From Octopus bimaculoides (Eukaryota), in NCBI RefSeq assembly GCF_001194135.2, contig NC_068982.1, forward strand, positions 113,927,292-113,991,291: a DNA stretch of 64,000 nucleotides, read 5' to 3'. Under the pieces are notes generated by a model. The model was not told the origin of the DNA. It did no database searches and saw only the letters and a list, made by a program, of their open reading frames with translations. The position numbers and the translations under genes were made by a program. Below, piece by piece: positions 25,586 to 39,919 of this stretch. How positions within the stretch are numbered: position 1 is the first letter of the stretch; each line of letters starts with the position of its first letter.

Positions 25586-26820
25586 GTTTTGCCCCTACCA
25601 TTGCTTGACAACCGATGCTGGTGTGTTTGCGTCCCCGTAACTTAGCAGTTCGGCAAAAGAGACCGATAGAATAAGTATTAGGCATCCAAATAATAAGTCC
25701 TGGGGTCAATTTACTCAACTAAAGGCGGTGCTCCAGCATGGCCGCAGTCAAATGACTGAAACAAGTAAAGAGTAACGAGTATATATATCTATATCTCTAT
25801 ATATATGTGTATGTATATCTATCTATTTGTATATGAATCTCTATATATCTGTATGCATCTTTGTATTTATGTCATTGTGTGTCTGCATATTTATGTGAGT
25901 GTTTGTGTATATGTATTTATAAATATAGGGTTATATGAATACATGTGTTATATACATATGTGTCTGTACACTTGTGTGTGTGTGTGCATGTGTTAGCATT
26001 TATATGTATGTCAATGTAAATTAACATAGCCATATGTTGAAGTTTCGTTTGCATGTTGAGTTTGTGAGATGATCTGTTGTGCACCATATGTAATATATCA
26101 GATGGAACAGGCTGCCTAACCACTAAAACATGAGTTGCAAGATAATAAAATACCTGTTGATTGTTCAGTTATAAACTCTACCCCAAACCATCATAATCTA
26201 TGCAGATTGAAGCAGCAAGAGTTAAATGTTTAGGCCATAGACATAGCGCAATAGAAGTGCTGGTTCTATAACTTTCTCTAACAGGAGTCTGATACCTTAT
26301 CTAGTAGGGAAAATGCATCTCTTGTATATCATTACCATCATCATTTTATGTCTGGCTTCTACTGCCGGTATGGATTAGTTGGTTTGAAAGGGTCTGGCAA
26401 GCTAGAAGACCACATCACGCATCATTGCATTGATATGATTTCTGTTGCTGGATTCCCTTTCTAATGCCAACCACTTAACAGAATGTACAGGGTGTTTTTT
26501 CATTGCAGCAGCACTAATTATACTTGCCTTATTACTTGCTAAGGCCCTAAAGTAGCCCCTATGGTTGAAGGAGAATAAAAGAGAGAGTGGGCAAATACTG
26601 TGTGTGTGTAACTCAAAGTCAACATGGAGAGTACTGAATTCTATACACAATAAATTCCTGATTGGTTAAAATTTCACCCATAGACAGACAAAGAAAATGA
26701 AAACCTAGGCATAATTCTGAATGAAATGAAGAGATAATTTTTCAAAAAATCAAAGTTTTATGGTTGAACAAACATGCTTGACGAAAAGCAGCAATCTTAC
26801 CATTGCTTTACAGTTGAGAG

Positions 26821-26870
26821 ACAGCTAGGAACATGTTTCAGTCATGGTTAGGCTTCATCAGAGTAGAACA
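26821..26870 (-). ncRNA. Degenerate minimal hammerhead ribozyme motif
   Basis: Minus strand: CTACT-CTGATGA-AGCC-TAACCAT-GACT-GAAA-CATGT-T-CCTAG; intact core, palindromic stem III, one stem II mismatch, stem I only partly paired. Confidence 0.45.
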
Positions 26871-29450
26871 TAGTCCTTAATGTCTCCAAAAATATATAGG
26901 TATTTCAACACATGTAGAAGTTTTGTACAGTCGTTGTCAAGGTTAATTGCACAATTTGGTCAACTGACATCAACTAGCTAAAATTAAAATTTTCTGCACA
27001 TTCTAAGATAGCTGTTTCATTAGTTAGCTATTTTGGAATGAAAACATAGAACCAATGAAACAGATGTGTCATAAATCATTATTACTGTCATTTTAAGTTT
27101 GTTTACTTCCCATGCTAGCATGGGTTGAACAGGTTGTTATTGTCCAAGTTCTTATTCAGAATTTCTGATCCTGTCTAACAAATCAGAGGATCATATCTCA
27201 CTCATGCCTTTCATTTTCCTATCACCAACCTCTTTACAGTGTGTACTAGCTGCATTCTATTGAGGTTCCAATACTATTGAGGCTGCCTTGAACTCTTTAA
27301 GGCTGAAGAGTCCTTACTACTCTGTGATGTTTGTTTGCTCAAGACATCATGACCAAGAACTTGAATAGAAGAGAGAGTGAGAACAACTAGGATCATAGGT
27401 GGAATGGGGAAAAATATATGATGGCTGAAATCTACCTCAACAAATTCCATCATGTCAATGATTTGTATAATACAAGTTGGTCAGCTGAAACTAAGTTTGG
27501 ACATGTGATAAGGACCTGTATCATCTGATGGCTATTTTTTAATGGAAACATAACCAACAAAACAGCTGTCGCAGCACATGATTTGGAAATGACTCCTCAC
27601 TATTGATGCTTTGGATCTGCTATTTCTAAAGTTATGCAAGCCTTAGGAATTGTAACTGCCCTTAAGAATATCCACAAGCTTAATGAAGTATAATAGTCAT
27701 TATGAATTTCTTCAAACCAAGTGAAAATCACTGAAGGTGCCATGTAGAAACTACCCAGTACACTCTGTAAATTGGTTGGCATTAGGAAGGGCATCCAGCC
27801 ATAGAAACCTTGCCAAAACAGACTATGGAACCTGGTGTGGCCCCTTGCCATGCCAGTTTCTGTCAAGCCATCCAACTCATGCCAGCATGGAAAATGGATA
27901 TTAAATGACAATAATGTTGAAGTAAAGTTATTTCTAGAAATCCTAGTTTAATAACAGTGAACACCCAGATTACCAACACCTGTGTATTATGTTTGTGTTA
28001 TGTTCTATTTGTTTGGGAATAATGGAAGAGACCTTACCTATAAATTGTTAGTAACATAGTTATTCATACCTCCCTATGCACAACAAAGATATAGGTGTGT
28101 GTGTGTGTGTGTGTGGAGAGAAGTATGTATAAGTTTATTGTGTCGCTATTTAGTCAGGAAGGACTTTCCAGTAACCCCACTCCCACATCACTGGGATTCA
28201 AAAATAATTGTGTGAAGTTTGTGGTTAGTAAACAATGTAGCTTAATGAGTGAGAAAGGAAATATAATTAGATGCTGGAAAGATGAAGTTTTAGGGTGGTC
28301 TTTTCAGTGCAGCTGTTTCCAATAGAGTCTAGGTGTGTTGAAACACAAACATGATAATAGAAGTAGTTGCCAGTGAAAGGAGTTAGTTTAGGTGGAAATT
28401 CTATAAACTCAGTAATTCAGAAAAACAGATGCTCTTGTAAAAATGGAAATTTGGTGCAGGGCCATAGTGAATAGTGATGTTTGGTAAGTAAAGGTTTGTG
28501 TGTGACAAGGATATCTATATCTATTTGTACTGCCTCCAATAGTTGAACAGCACTCAATCAGACAGAATTATTTTCTGGAAAGAGAAGAAAATTTAGCCTT
28601 TCTAAATAAATGTTGTACCTATGATATATGCCTGTGGTTACCATTATATAGTCATCAGTTTAAAAAGCTGGACCAGATCACTGTTTAACATCCATTTTTC
28701 AGTGCTTGTACAGTTGGGTCAGTCTTCTTTTACATCTAAGTTCCTTTCTTTTATGCAGTGACCATACCAGTAAGAAATAAAAACGAATCTTGATCTTCAA
28801 CTAAGCAAAGTCAATCAAGTTATGTACATTATTCAGGCTATAAACACAATGGCTGCTGAGATTTAGAATTGAACATCCAGAAAAAGAGAGAGAAAATAAT
28901 TTGGAAAGTAGCATTGATTATAATAAAATATATGAAATTGGAAAATAAAGGAACAAGATATGAGTATAGCTATATAGTTAAGAAGTTCCTTTTGCAAATA
29001 TGTGGCACCTTAAGCAAGTATCTTTTATTATAGCTTCAGGTTGAACAAAATCTTGTGAGTAAAATTTTATTGATGAAGACTATGTAAAAGCTAGCATATG
29101 TGTGCATGTGCATGCACATGTGTGTGTGTGTGTGTAGGTGTGATATCTTTACCTAATATATATCAGTGAAGGAGACGGTGACACACAAAATGCACCCAGC
29201 ACACTCTGTTAAGTGGTTGGTGTTAGGAAGGGCATCCAGCCATAGAAACCATGCCACAACAGACAGTTGGAGTCCACACAGCTCCCACTAGCCAGCTCCA
29301 TGTCAAACCATCCAACCCATATCAGCATGGAGAGTAGATGTTAAACAGTTATGATGATGATGTTGTAAATGTGGTCAAGAAAGTTAGAAAAAAAACACAG
29401 GTAATTTTTGTGGTATTTATTTTATGTCGATATATCATACTCCCTTTAAG

Positions 29451-29980
29451 GCAGCAAGCTGACAGAACCATTAGCATGCCAGACAAAGTGCTTAGTAGGA
29501 TTTCATTTGTCTTTACATTCTGAGTTCAAATTCTGACAAGGCCGACTTTACCTTTCATCCTTTCAAGATCAATAAAATAAGTACCAATTGAGTACTGGGG
29601 CTGATGTAATCAACTTACTCCCCTGAAATTGCTGGCCTTGTGCCAAAATTTGAAATCAATATATCAGTTACTGTTACCTTAAGCAATACAATGAATTAGT
29701 GATTGGTAAATTGTAAACCTGTAACCAATAATGCTATTGTTCATCAGTCGCAATAATAATTATAATAATAATAATATTGGTTTCAAATTTTAGCTCAAGG
29801 CCAGCAATTTCGAGGAAGGGGATAAGTCAATTACATTGACCTTAGTGTTCAACTGGTACTTATTTTATTGACCCCAAAAGGGATGAGAGGCAGAGTTGAC
29901 CTCAGTGGAATTTGAGCTCAGAACCTAAAGATGGACTAAGCATTTTTCCCAGCATGCTAACAATTCTGCCAGCTCACCAC
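29451..29980. mobile_element. Inverted pair of SINE-A copies (29451-29662 plus; 29778-29980 minus)
   Basis: Two near-full copies in opposite orientation about 115 nt apart. Confidence 0.85.
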
Positions 29981-30005
29981 ATTAAACAACAACAACAACA
30001 ACAAC

Positions 30006-30042
<37 letters not shown>

Positions 30043-30955
30043 TTAATAATAATAATAATAGATAAGTGAATAAGTAAAAAGAAGCTCAGAAAGTAATGTA
30101 GTACAACTGTAATACAAAATCTGTCCTGAATGAAACCAAGGTCCTTGTTTGATACAATATTTCCCCCCTGACAAACTAGTTAACAACATCTAGTGATGGT
30201 TGCTAGAACAAAGGTAAACATCTGCAAGCCATCTTCACTGTTAAGCTAAAAATCCCTTGATCTTTATTTAATTATCTTTCTTAGGGACACTCATCCTAGA
30301 TGATTAAGACAGTCTAGTCAGTTTTTCACTATTTCAAGTTTGTGTTTAGTTATTTTAGATGTTATTGCTGGAAAAGAGGTTATTTAGTATGCTATAGAAA
30401 ATATTTATATGTTTTCTTCACTAATTAACTCATTTATTCAGTAGGTTATGATGATACTCACATGGCTGAGTCATTTTTTTTTTTACCTGTTATGTAAGCG
30501 CATATATTTTTTTCTTTTGTGTGTGTGTGTTCATGTTCATTACATTTGCTTCCCTTTGTTTCCTAGACACATCTCATGCAGTTTCCTTAATCCACTATCT
30601 AGGTGGGCATAAAATCAAAAGTATGGGCAAAATCCCATCTTCTCAGACTAACGTGTTAAAACTAGATGTGTTTATGTATCTAGAATGTAATCTAATATGC
30701 TCACAATGTGGACAGCAAATGTTGCATATTACCAGTCTTCCAGACATTCTTTTATATCTATTCTGAATTCTAAGACATTTTGTGAGCATTGAAAATTATC
30801 TAATTCAACAAATCATGCTATATAAGTTTGCTGATGTATGCATCTTAGCTTCAATTATGTATTAATGATGAAGTAAGAATACCTCTCTGCCTGCTGTTGT
30901 CAAAACTGAATTTAGTGCTCAATTTTCCTGAGATCAAGCATGCTAGCTGACTTAC

Positions 30956-31004
30956 AGCATTAGGCTGTTTAGAGGTTGCTTCTCCAGATGGCAATTCTAG
31001 GCTA
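30956..31004 (-). CDS. Possible 49 nt exon (SLELPSGEATSKQPNA)
   Basis: GCT|gtaagt donor, pyrimidine-rich upstream, open frame; not phase-linked to another candidate. Confidence 0.2.
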
Positions 31005-31799
31005 CTTATATATAGCAATAGCAGGATAGAAAAACTAGGTAAAAGTAATTCCTTTCTTTTGCATTTAATTAAAGAAGTGGGGAATTTTTGTTTTGGGAGT
31101 GTTTTTAATGAAAAATCTAACTAAATAGTTTCATAATTTTTGCTGAGTATATATATCAGAATATTTTACTGAATGTATATCAGAACTGTTTGAATGATTT
31201 CATTATGTGCTAAAATATATGGGCATGTTAGTACAGATGTAGGCATCAGAGCTAACTCTATACTTGGTATATTTCTTACCCTGTATTATTTACAACTATT
31301 CTTATGTTATCACTGATAGGTTTAGAGAGTGAGAAAGAGAGAGACAGAGAAACAGACAGAAAGAAAGAAAGAACGTTTCCATTCAGATGAATCTTTCTGA
31401 TGGCTGACAGATTAAATTTGTTTCTGCTCAAAACAGGTTATTTTACAATAGCCACCAAACTATCATTACCTAAGACAAAATATCTTTCTCATCCTGATGA
31501 CAGCTTAGATTCTTCTATTTTGGGTTTGTCATAAATATAATATATCTTCCATTATTTATTATGAACATAACTCTCATTTGTTATGTCTCTGTCTGTGAGT
31601 GTATATACGTGTGTGTGTGAGAGAGTGTGTGCATATGTATCTGTCCGATAGATAAGTGTCTAATATGCATATACAATGTTGTGAAGCAAGTTGAAGCTAT
31701 TGAAATTTTTTGTATGAAAAAGATGGAATATGTAACGAAAATATTTTCATAGTACTATATTTGTTGACTACTATAGTATCTTCAATCATTCCCCTTTTA

Positions 31800-32156
31800 C
31801 CACTGTATTACCAGTATTTATTTTATCAACACAGAAAGGTGAAAGAAAAACTTGAACACAATAGTATTTGAATCTGACCAAAGATTACTGCATGCCTTTC
31901 GTTCAACACTCCACCTATTCTGCCATCTACCATGTATTACTATATGTACAAACAATAATAATGGTTTATGATTTAGGTAACAGGTCAGTAATTTTGAGGA
32001 TTAGTCAATACCCTCCACCTCTGTACTTCATTGTATTGATCCCAAAGTTGACATTGCCAGGACTTCAACTTAGAACTTAGAGTTGGAAGAAATATCCCAA
32101 AGCATTTTATCCAGCATTAACAATTCTGTCAATCTACTAATCTTTTGATGATGATG

Positions 32157-32187
<31 letters not shown>

Positions 32188-32416
32188 TAATAATAATACA
32201 TTCTAATATAGGCACAAGGCCTGAAATTTTTGGGGAGGGAACTAATCGATTACATTGACCCCTGTATTCAACTGGTACTTATTTCATTGACCCTGAAAAG
32301 ATGACAAGCACAGTTGACTTCGGCATAATTTGAACTCAGAATGTGAAAATAGATGAAATATCGCTAAGCATTTCACCAAGCTTACTAACACTTTTGCCAG
32401 ATTGCCACCTTCAATG

Positions 32417-32452
<36 letters not shown>

Positions 32453-32923
32453 NNNNNNNNNNTAATAATAATAATAATAATAATACTTCCTTTATTGGCC
32501 ACCAGGGCCAAACCCAAAACATAAAGAATGATGCACAGATGAGAGACTGGGCTTAAATGTGTAAACGGCAAAAAAAAAAAAAAATGCCACTATTAACAAG
32601 GAGATTAAACCAACAGTGTACTTCCCCAATAAGGGGGAGTTCCACCGAGAAGTGACCAAAGGAACCTCACACACTTTGGACCCAATAACAACAAAGGTAC
32701 TTCATTCCATCAGGCCTACAGGCGCACACTCAGAGTAAGGCCCATTCACACTGGCCATTCTTGCCACATTCACCCACTTTTCAACAAATTCACTGGGTGA
32801 CAGCACCTCCCTCTCCAGCCTCTTTCCTTTTCAGGTGGAATCTGAAAAAGTCAATGAGACCTTGGCCCTTTCAATCATGTCCACCACACAACCTCTTTCA
32901 TCATCATCATCATCATCATCATC

Positions 32924-32957
<34 letters not shown>

Positions 32958-33660
32958 TAATAGTAATTCTTTGTACTATAAGTGCAAAACCTGGAATTTG
33001 AAGGAAAGGAGTTAGTCAATTACATTGATTCCATTGCTCAACTGCTACTTATTTTATCGACCCGAAAAGGATGAAAAGCAAAGTCGACTTTGGCAGAATT
33101 TGAACTCAAAGCATAAAGGTGGACAAAATGCTGCTAACCGTTTTGTCTAGCATGTTAAGAATTCTGCAAGCTCACTGCCTTACTACTACTACTACTATTA
33201 CTGCTACTGCAGCTATTACCAATGATAGTCCCTCCTGCCAATTTTGACGTATGAGTGTTTGAAGGAGAGGATTTAAAGCTATTCCTAACAATAATAATAA
33301 TAATGGTTTCAAATTTAGCCACAGGGGCAGCAATTTTGGGGGAGGAAATGAGTCAATTACATTAACCCCAATGTTCAACTGGTACTTATTTTATCGACCC
33401 TGAAAGGATGAAAGGCAAAGTTGACTTCAGCAGAATTTGAACTCAGAATGCAACGACAGGCGAAATACCGCTAAGCATTTCATCCAGTGCCCTAACAATT
33501 TTGCCAGCTCATCCTTTCTACTGTAGGCATAAGGCCTAAAATTTTGGGGGAAGGTAAAGTTGACTTCAGTGGAATTTGAACTCAGAACATAGCGACAGAC
33601 AAAATACTGCTAAGCATTTCGCCCAGTATGCTAACGATTCTGCCAGCTCGCTGCCTTAAT
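31800..33660 (-). mobile_element. Cluster of about 7 SINE-A copies, all minus strand, interleaved with (AAT)n
   Basis: Repeated GGATGAAAGGCAAAG..GACTT..GC.GAATTTGAACTCAGAA blocks. Confidence 0.85.
32484..32895 (-). mobile_element. Tx1/L1-like LINE 3' end with (TAT)n tail
   Basis: Minus strand KGQGLIDFFRFHLKRK..ERE.LSPSEF..W motif, short 3' UTR ending AATAAAGGAAGTATTATT. Confidence 0.6.
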
Positions 33661-34314
33661 GGTAGTAGTAACAATAATAATAATAATCATTATTATTACT
33701 TTTATTATTTAATTTTATTAATTTACTGTCAGTTTTTTTGGGTTTTTTTCTGCACCAGGTACATCACATACCCCTTTATGTTCTAGTAAATACATTATTA
33801 TCTTTTAGTGTAGAAGAAAGCTCTTTATGTTACTCTTAATTTGCTCAGTTGTAAGGTTGGGGGGGGGAGTCTTTTATGGTTTATTTGTTAAAATTGTTAT
33901 AGTATTTAGTTCAGATTATAACTTCAATTTCCTTAAATTCTGCAGGGTTATCTCTCTGACTCCTCTTGCCCAGAATTGAGATAACGATTATGAATTCTCT
34001 CTGGAGAATTGATTATAATTTATTGACTCAAAATATTAAGCAAGTTAGGATCCAGTTTACTATTTTTTTTTATTGTATGTTATGTGCAAGGTATATTATT
34101 AGTAGGTGATTGTGAGAAGACTGCGCTAAGTAAATTGTTTTGTTGTAGTAAGAGTTGGTTGTAGTGAAAGTGTTCCATGTCAGTTTATATTAATGAATAA
34201 AAAGTGTATTGCAAAGGGTTATATTTTGCATTATGTGTAAAGTTATTGTTTACCACCAAGTCAACCTTGATCAAGCTTACCTATGACCAAAGGTATTTTA
34301 GCCATCACCATCAC

Positions 34315-36718
34315 ATCATCATCATCATCATCATCATTTAATGTCCACTTTCCATGCTGGCATGGCTTGGATGGTTTGACCAAGAGCTGGCATGACAGAA
34401 GGCTGCACCAGGCTCCAATCCGATCTGGCAAAGTTTCTACAGCTGGATGCCCTTCCGAATGCCAACCACTCTGAGAATGTAGTGAGTACTTTTTACGTGC
34501 CACTGGCTTGAGGACCAGTCAGGCAGTACTGGCATTGACCACGCTTGAATGGTGCTTTTTATGTGCCACCAACATGGGAGCCAGTCAGGCTGCACTGGCA
34601 GCAACCAATTGGTGCTTTTTACATGCCACCGGCACAGGTGCCAATCAGGCACTACTGTCATCAGCCACGACAACAACTTCACTTGCCTCAACAGGTCTTC
34701 GCAAACACAGTTTATTGCCCAATGATTGAAGGGTACTCTTAAATGGGCTTGTTATGCTACACTGGCATAGGCCACGTTTACGGTCACACTTGATTTGCCG
34801 AATCTTCTCAAGCACAGCATATCTCCAAAGGTCTCGGTCACTTGTCATCGCCTCAGTGAGGCCCAACGTTTGAAGGTCATGCTTCACCAGCTCATCCCAG
34901 GTCTTCCTGGGTCTACCTCTTCCACAGGTTCTCTCTACTGCTAGGGTGTGACGCTTTTTCACATAGCTATCCTCATCCATATGCAACTTGTGACTATATC
35001 AGTGAAGTCGTCTCTCTTGCACACCACATCTGTTGCTTCTTTGGTCCAACTTTTCTCTCACGGAACTTACACTCTGTCGTGTATGCACACTGACATTACA
35101 CATCCAGCAGAGCATACTAGCTTCATTCCTTGCAAGCTTACGCATGTCCTCAACAGTTACCTTTTATTCTGAGCAAGAGGTCCTTTGTCACCAGCAAAGG
35201 TAGGAACTCTCTGAACTTTGCTTAGGCTATTCTTATTCTAGCAGCTACACTCAGAGCATCTACCCCCACTACTGACTTGGTCACCTAGGTAATGAAAGCT
35301 ATCAACTACTTGTAGTTTTTCCCCCAGGAATGTGACAGAAGCTGTTTTCTGCATGTTTTTGGTGTTTATTGTCCCTGAGCATTTGCCACACACAAAAACT
35401 ATCTTCCCAGTTAGCCTTCCTTTGATATTGCTGCACTTCTTATGTGTCCATAGCTTACACTGGGTACATCTTATGAAGATTCCACCTATGCCTTCTCTAC
35501 AGATTGAGCAGGGCCATCTGCCTGAAGGGGTTTGTGGTTGTCTGCCTCCTTACTTATTAAGACATTGGTTTTTGCTAGATTGACTCTAAGGCCCTTTGAT
35601 TCCAGACCTTACTTCCACACCTGAAACTTCTCCTCTAGTTCTGATAGTGACTCAGCAATTAGTGCAAGGTCATCAGCATAGAGAAGCTCCCAGGGGCGTC
35701 CTGTCTTGGATTCCTCTGTTATTGCCTGGAGGACTATGATGAATAAGAGGGGGCTGAGGACTGATCCTTGGTGGACCCCTACTTGGAGTTCTTCACTGTA
35801 CTCATTGCCAACCCTCACCTTACTGACATCATCCCTGTACATGGCTTATACAGCTCTCACTAATCACTCATTTATCCCTAGTTTCCACATTGATCACCAG
35901 ATAAGTGATCGAAGGACCCTGTCAAAGGCTTTCTCCATGTCAACGAAAGCCAGGTACAGAGGTTTATCTTTGGCTATGTATTTCTCCTGCAGCTGTCTTA
36001 CCAGAAATATAGCATCAGTGGTGCTCTTCCCTGGCACAAACCCAAACTGCATCTCATCTACACTGACTCTCTCCCTAATTAGCTGGGCTATGACCCTCTC
36101 CGTGACTTTCATTACCTGATCCAACAACTTGATACCTCTGTAATTATTTGTATCTAATGCATCACCTTTACCTTTGTAGTAATTGACTATGGTGCAGCTA
36201 CACCAGTCATTGGGTATGATTCCTTCATGTATCACCTGATTGACTATATGGGTGACTAAACTATAGCCAACACCGCAAGATATTTTAAGCATTGCTGCAG
36301 TGATTCCTGATGCGCCAGGAGCCTTCCCTGTCTTCATACTCTTAATTGCTTTATCTACCAAGGTACTGTAAATTCGGATAGCTGGTCCCTCTGTTGGGTC
36401 AACATTCTGCAAACTATCTTTCTCCCATTCATTCTTTTCATTTAGCAACCTTTCATAATGGTGTCTCCAAGTCTCTCTCTTTGTAGCTTCACTAAATGCA
36501 AGTGAACCATTATCCATGCAGACACATTTCTCTCCTGAACATCATGATTCTCTTTCACACAGTGTCTCGCAACACAAAACACTCCAAGTCTTTGGTCCTC
36601 ACAATGCAGAACGTTGGCAAATTTTTTTCTTATCTGCTTCCCCTCTGGCTAAATAAACCCGTCACCTAGCTTCCCTTCTGGCAATCTGATACAGTTCCCT
36701 GCTTCCACCATTCTTCAC
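34315..36718 (-). mobile_element. 5'-truncated RTE LINE with reverse transcriptase (decayed)
   Basis: KAPGASGI, YRGIKLL, QFGFVPGKSTTDAIF, FVDMEKAFDRV, GVHQGSVLSPLLF and YADD motifs; RTE C-terminus, 3' UTR and (GAT)n tail. Confidence 0.95.
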
Positions 36719-37949
36719 ATCTTTTAAAATTTTATCCACAGATGTAATAAGTTAGAATTTGAAAGAAATTTGGGTACTATTTTTATCAGCCGATGAGGGC
36801 TCCCTATTTGGTTCAGTGTGTNNNNNNNNNNNNNNNNNNNNNNNNNNNNNNNNNNNNNNNNNNNNNNNNNNNNNNNNNNNNNNNNNNNNNNNNNNNNNNN
36901 NNNNNNNNNNNNNNNNNNNNNNNNNNNTTGTACAAGCTATGTTTATATGCTAAATCATGCCTCTTTTGAGATCCCTGATAACTTTTTCAATTTCTTTCTG
37001 GGTGTTCTTGACTTTAGCTGCCATGCTAAAGTCACATATCATATTTGGTACCTGCATAAATCCACTTATTTTCAGTTTTCAAGTATTTCCATATTGCCCA
37101 ATGTCTAGAGCAAACTACCCTGAAATACATGTGGCAAGGACTGGCTGCTGAAAATAAGCTGATCTTATGTTAGTCAACAATTAATATTAGTATTCCATTT
37201 TATTAAAATGGAGTAGTTTTGGTGAAGCATTGTGCAATTTGGACATTTTAAGGACTAGACATCTTGCACAGCTAAAATCAAATATTCTGTTTCTACTACT
37301 TGTCCAGTTTTTTTTTAATGATTAATGACTTTTTCTATCAGTTCTCCCTCTCTCTCTCTCTCTCCCTCTCTCTCGTTTTGCTGCTGGTAACTAACAATGG
37401 AGAGGGTTTTCTCTTTATTTTTTACCATATGTTTTTAGTTCCTCCTTGACTTTATTATTTGCTTTCTTATTTTTATATTTTCTATTATTTTCTTCTCTAT
37501 TCTTATTAATTTGAAAATTATAATGGCAGATAATGGCAGAAACAGTAGAATCTTGAACAAAATACACTGTAGTATTTAATCCTGTTCCTTTATATTGTGA
37601 CATCAAATCTTGTAGAGTAGATGAAGTGCAGGTCAAGCTTTGTGCTTGTGTTAGAAAACATTATTATGTTTCCAACAGTTTCATGCAAGTTTCACCATGC
37701 AAGCTTCATCTGCTACACCAGTTGCAATTCTGAGTGTGTGCTATATTTGATTTTTAAAGAATATAGAATAATGTTTGTATGTTACTGCAGATTGTTTTAT
37801 TGTTCCTGGTGCTATTTTAGTGTTTTGTCTATTATAGGCTGTGTGATATGAGTTGTGGTATTTTGTTTGGTGGTGTTTGTGTTTTGTATATGCTATGTAA
37901 TCTATTATTTTTCTAAGTGCTTATAACATAGAGGGTGAACATTCTTTAG

Positions 37950-39000
37950 TGTATATGTAGTGTGAGGTGTGTTATCTTATCGGATGGTTGTTGCATAGGG
38001 TGTTTTCTGTGCAAACTGTACTATTTGAGTTATGCTATTGAATTGCACTTCAGTGGCTATTGGTACTGTGCTGTTTTAACTTACAAGACATTATGTCGTG
38101 TACTTTTACTCTTTCTCCACCTTTTGCAAGCAGTGTTATGATCAGAAGGGCAGAAAGCTAGCAGAATTGTTAGATTAAGATAACTATGAAAGTTCAGATG
38201 TTTTCATTCCAGTCCTATATTATTATATCTTGATGATTCCTTTTGATCTCCTTGTTAGTCTTGGTAGACATATCCCAGATAATTGCAACCATGTTGTTGT
38301 CATCATGTTCTGTGTTAGAAAATGTTTATACCACATTCAGTTTTACAGTGAAGTGTCAGCATATTGCCCGTTAAACATAGCTGTCAATGTGACCATGTCT
38401 GTGAATATGATTGGACTTGGCAGCTGGAAATAATGTATTCAACCATCTCCTTGTATTGGTTGCATACTCTGCACTTGATGTTAGCATTGTTTTTTCTATC
38501 CTTATTATAGTTATTAGTGATTGTGCTTTGATCGTTACTGCTAAAATCAGACCTATTTCTGCTTTTAAATCAAAGTCTTTGAGCCTTTATTGGGTTTCAA
38601 TCTAGCTTATCTCTCTCTGTCCAGTCTTATAGGTGTTGGCCATGGAGTGGGTTTTTTTACTCCACTTTTGTCCTGTTATTTTGGAATCTGGATTTCATTT
38701 TGGCTTTTCTGTTTTGCTTTAATCTTAATTTCTTTCGTTAGTGTAATTTGCTTCTAGTTTGTAATTTACTATTTCCTTAGAGATAAGAGTATGCTTTTGT
38801 TTTGTTTTTTCTTTTTGTTTTCTTATCAGGTTCTTTTTGTTTTGTTCTAAGATGTTTTCTAATCACACTTGATATTTTTTATTAGTTTTCTTTTTGTAAC
38901 AGCTCCCATCTCGTTTGTGTATAGAATAAGTATATTTTATCTCTGTCAGCTTTGTAGGCTCTTCATTTCACTTAAATTCCATATCATTTAGAAGGTTTAT
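37950..39000 (-). mobile_element. Decayed R4/Dong-type (RLE) non-LTR retrotransposon, C-terminal half
   Basis: Fragments KKPLHGQ, LKAE.GLILA, KCRVCNQ..E..EYIISSC (CCHC-type), WYKH, IIWDM..KTNKEIK.N..DIII are the typical post-RT layout of R4-clade elements. Confidence 0.7.
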
Positions 39001-39919
39001 TTATAACTGGGAAGGCTAGTGTATTTACTTCATTGTTACTAGTATCATTATTGTTATTTTTGTTTCTGTTATTTAATAGAAAACCTATCAAAAGTTTATT
39101 TTATTGCATCACAAAGAACTTGTTGCATTTCAAAAATAAACATAAATTAAGAAGATTTTTAAAAAGTTCTGAGAGAATGCTTTATCAGCCACTTACAGAT
39201 GCTAGCTGGTGTTGCTATTCTGTGGAGCATGCTAATATTTATTCTTATAGTTAACTCATCACTGTTTTTACAAAATGATTATATATTATTTCAGTTAAAC
39301 CAATTACAGATGAAATTGCAAACACACTTCTTAATTACCACATTAAAAAATTCAATATCTAAGAAAATGTTACTTTGTTGGTTTTTGGATGACTTTTCTG
39401 CTCAACACCTCTGTCATCTGTAATTGTTAAATCTTAAAACATTATTGGTTTTTTTTTTTTTTGTCATTTAACGTTCATTTTCCATGCTGGCATGGGTTAG
39501 AGTATAATATCTGATTATTGTATCATACCAAGTAATCTGCCTAAAATTTCATAAGACCTTTGTATTGTCATTTTCCAAAACAACTGAACATTCATATGAA
39601 TATCACAAAAATTGTTTTTAAGAAGCTTAAGTCACTGGGTTTTTGTCTCTATATATTTTGTGTGAGTCAATAATAGATAGTCTGATACTATGTGAGATAT
39701 CATTTTATAAAATAGATAACATATGTAACAACACTCTCGGAGTAGTTGGCGTTAGGAAGGGCATCCAGCTGTAGAAACTCTGCCAAATCAGATTGGAGCC
39801 TGGCGCAGCCATCTGGTTCGCCAGTCTTCAGTCAAATCGTCCAACCCATGCTAGCATGGAAAGCGGACGTGAAACGATGATGATCATCATCTTGATCATG
39901 ATCATCATCATGATCATGT

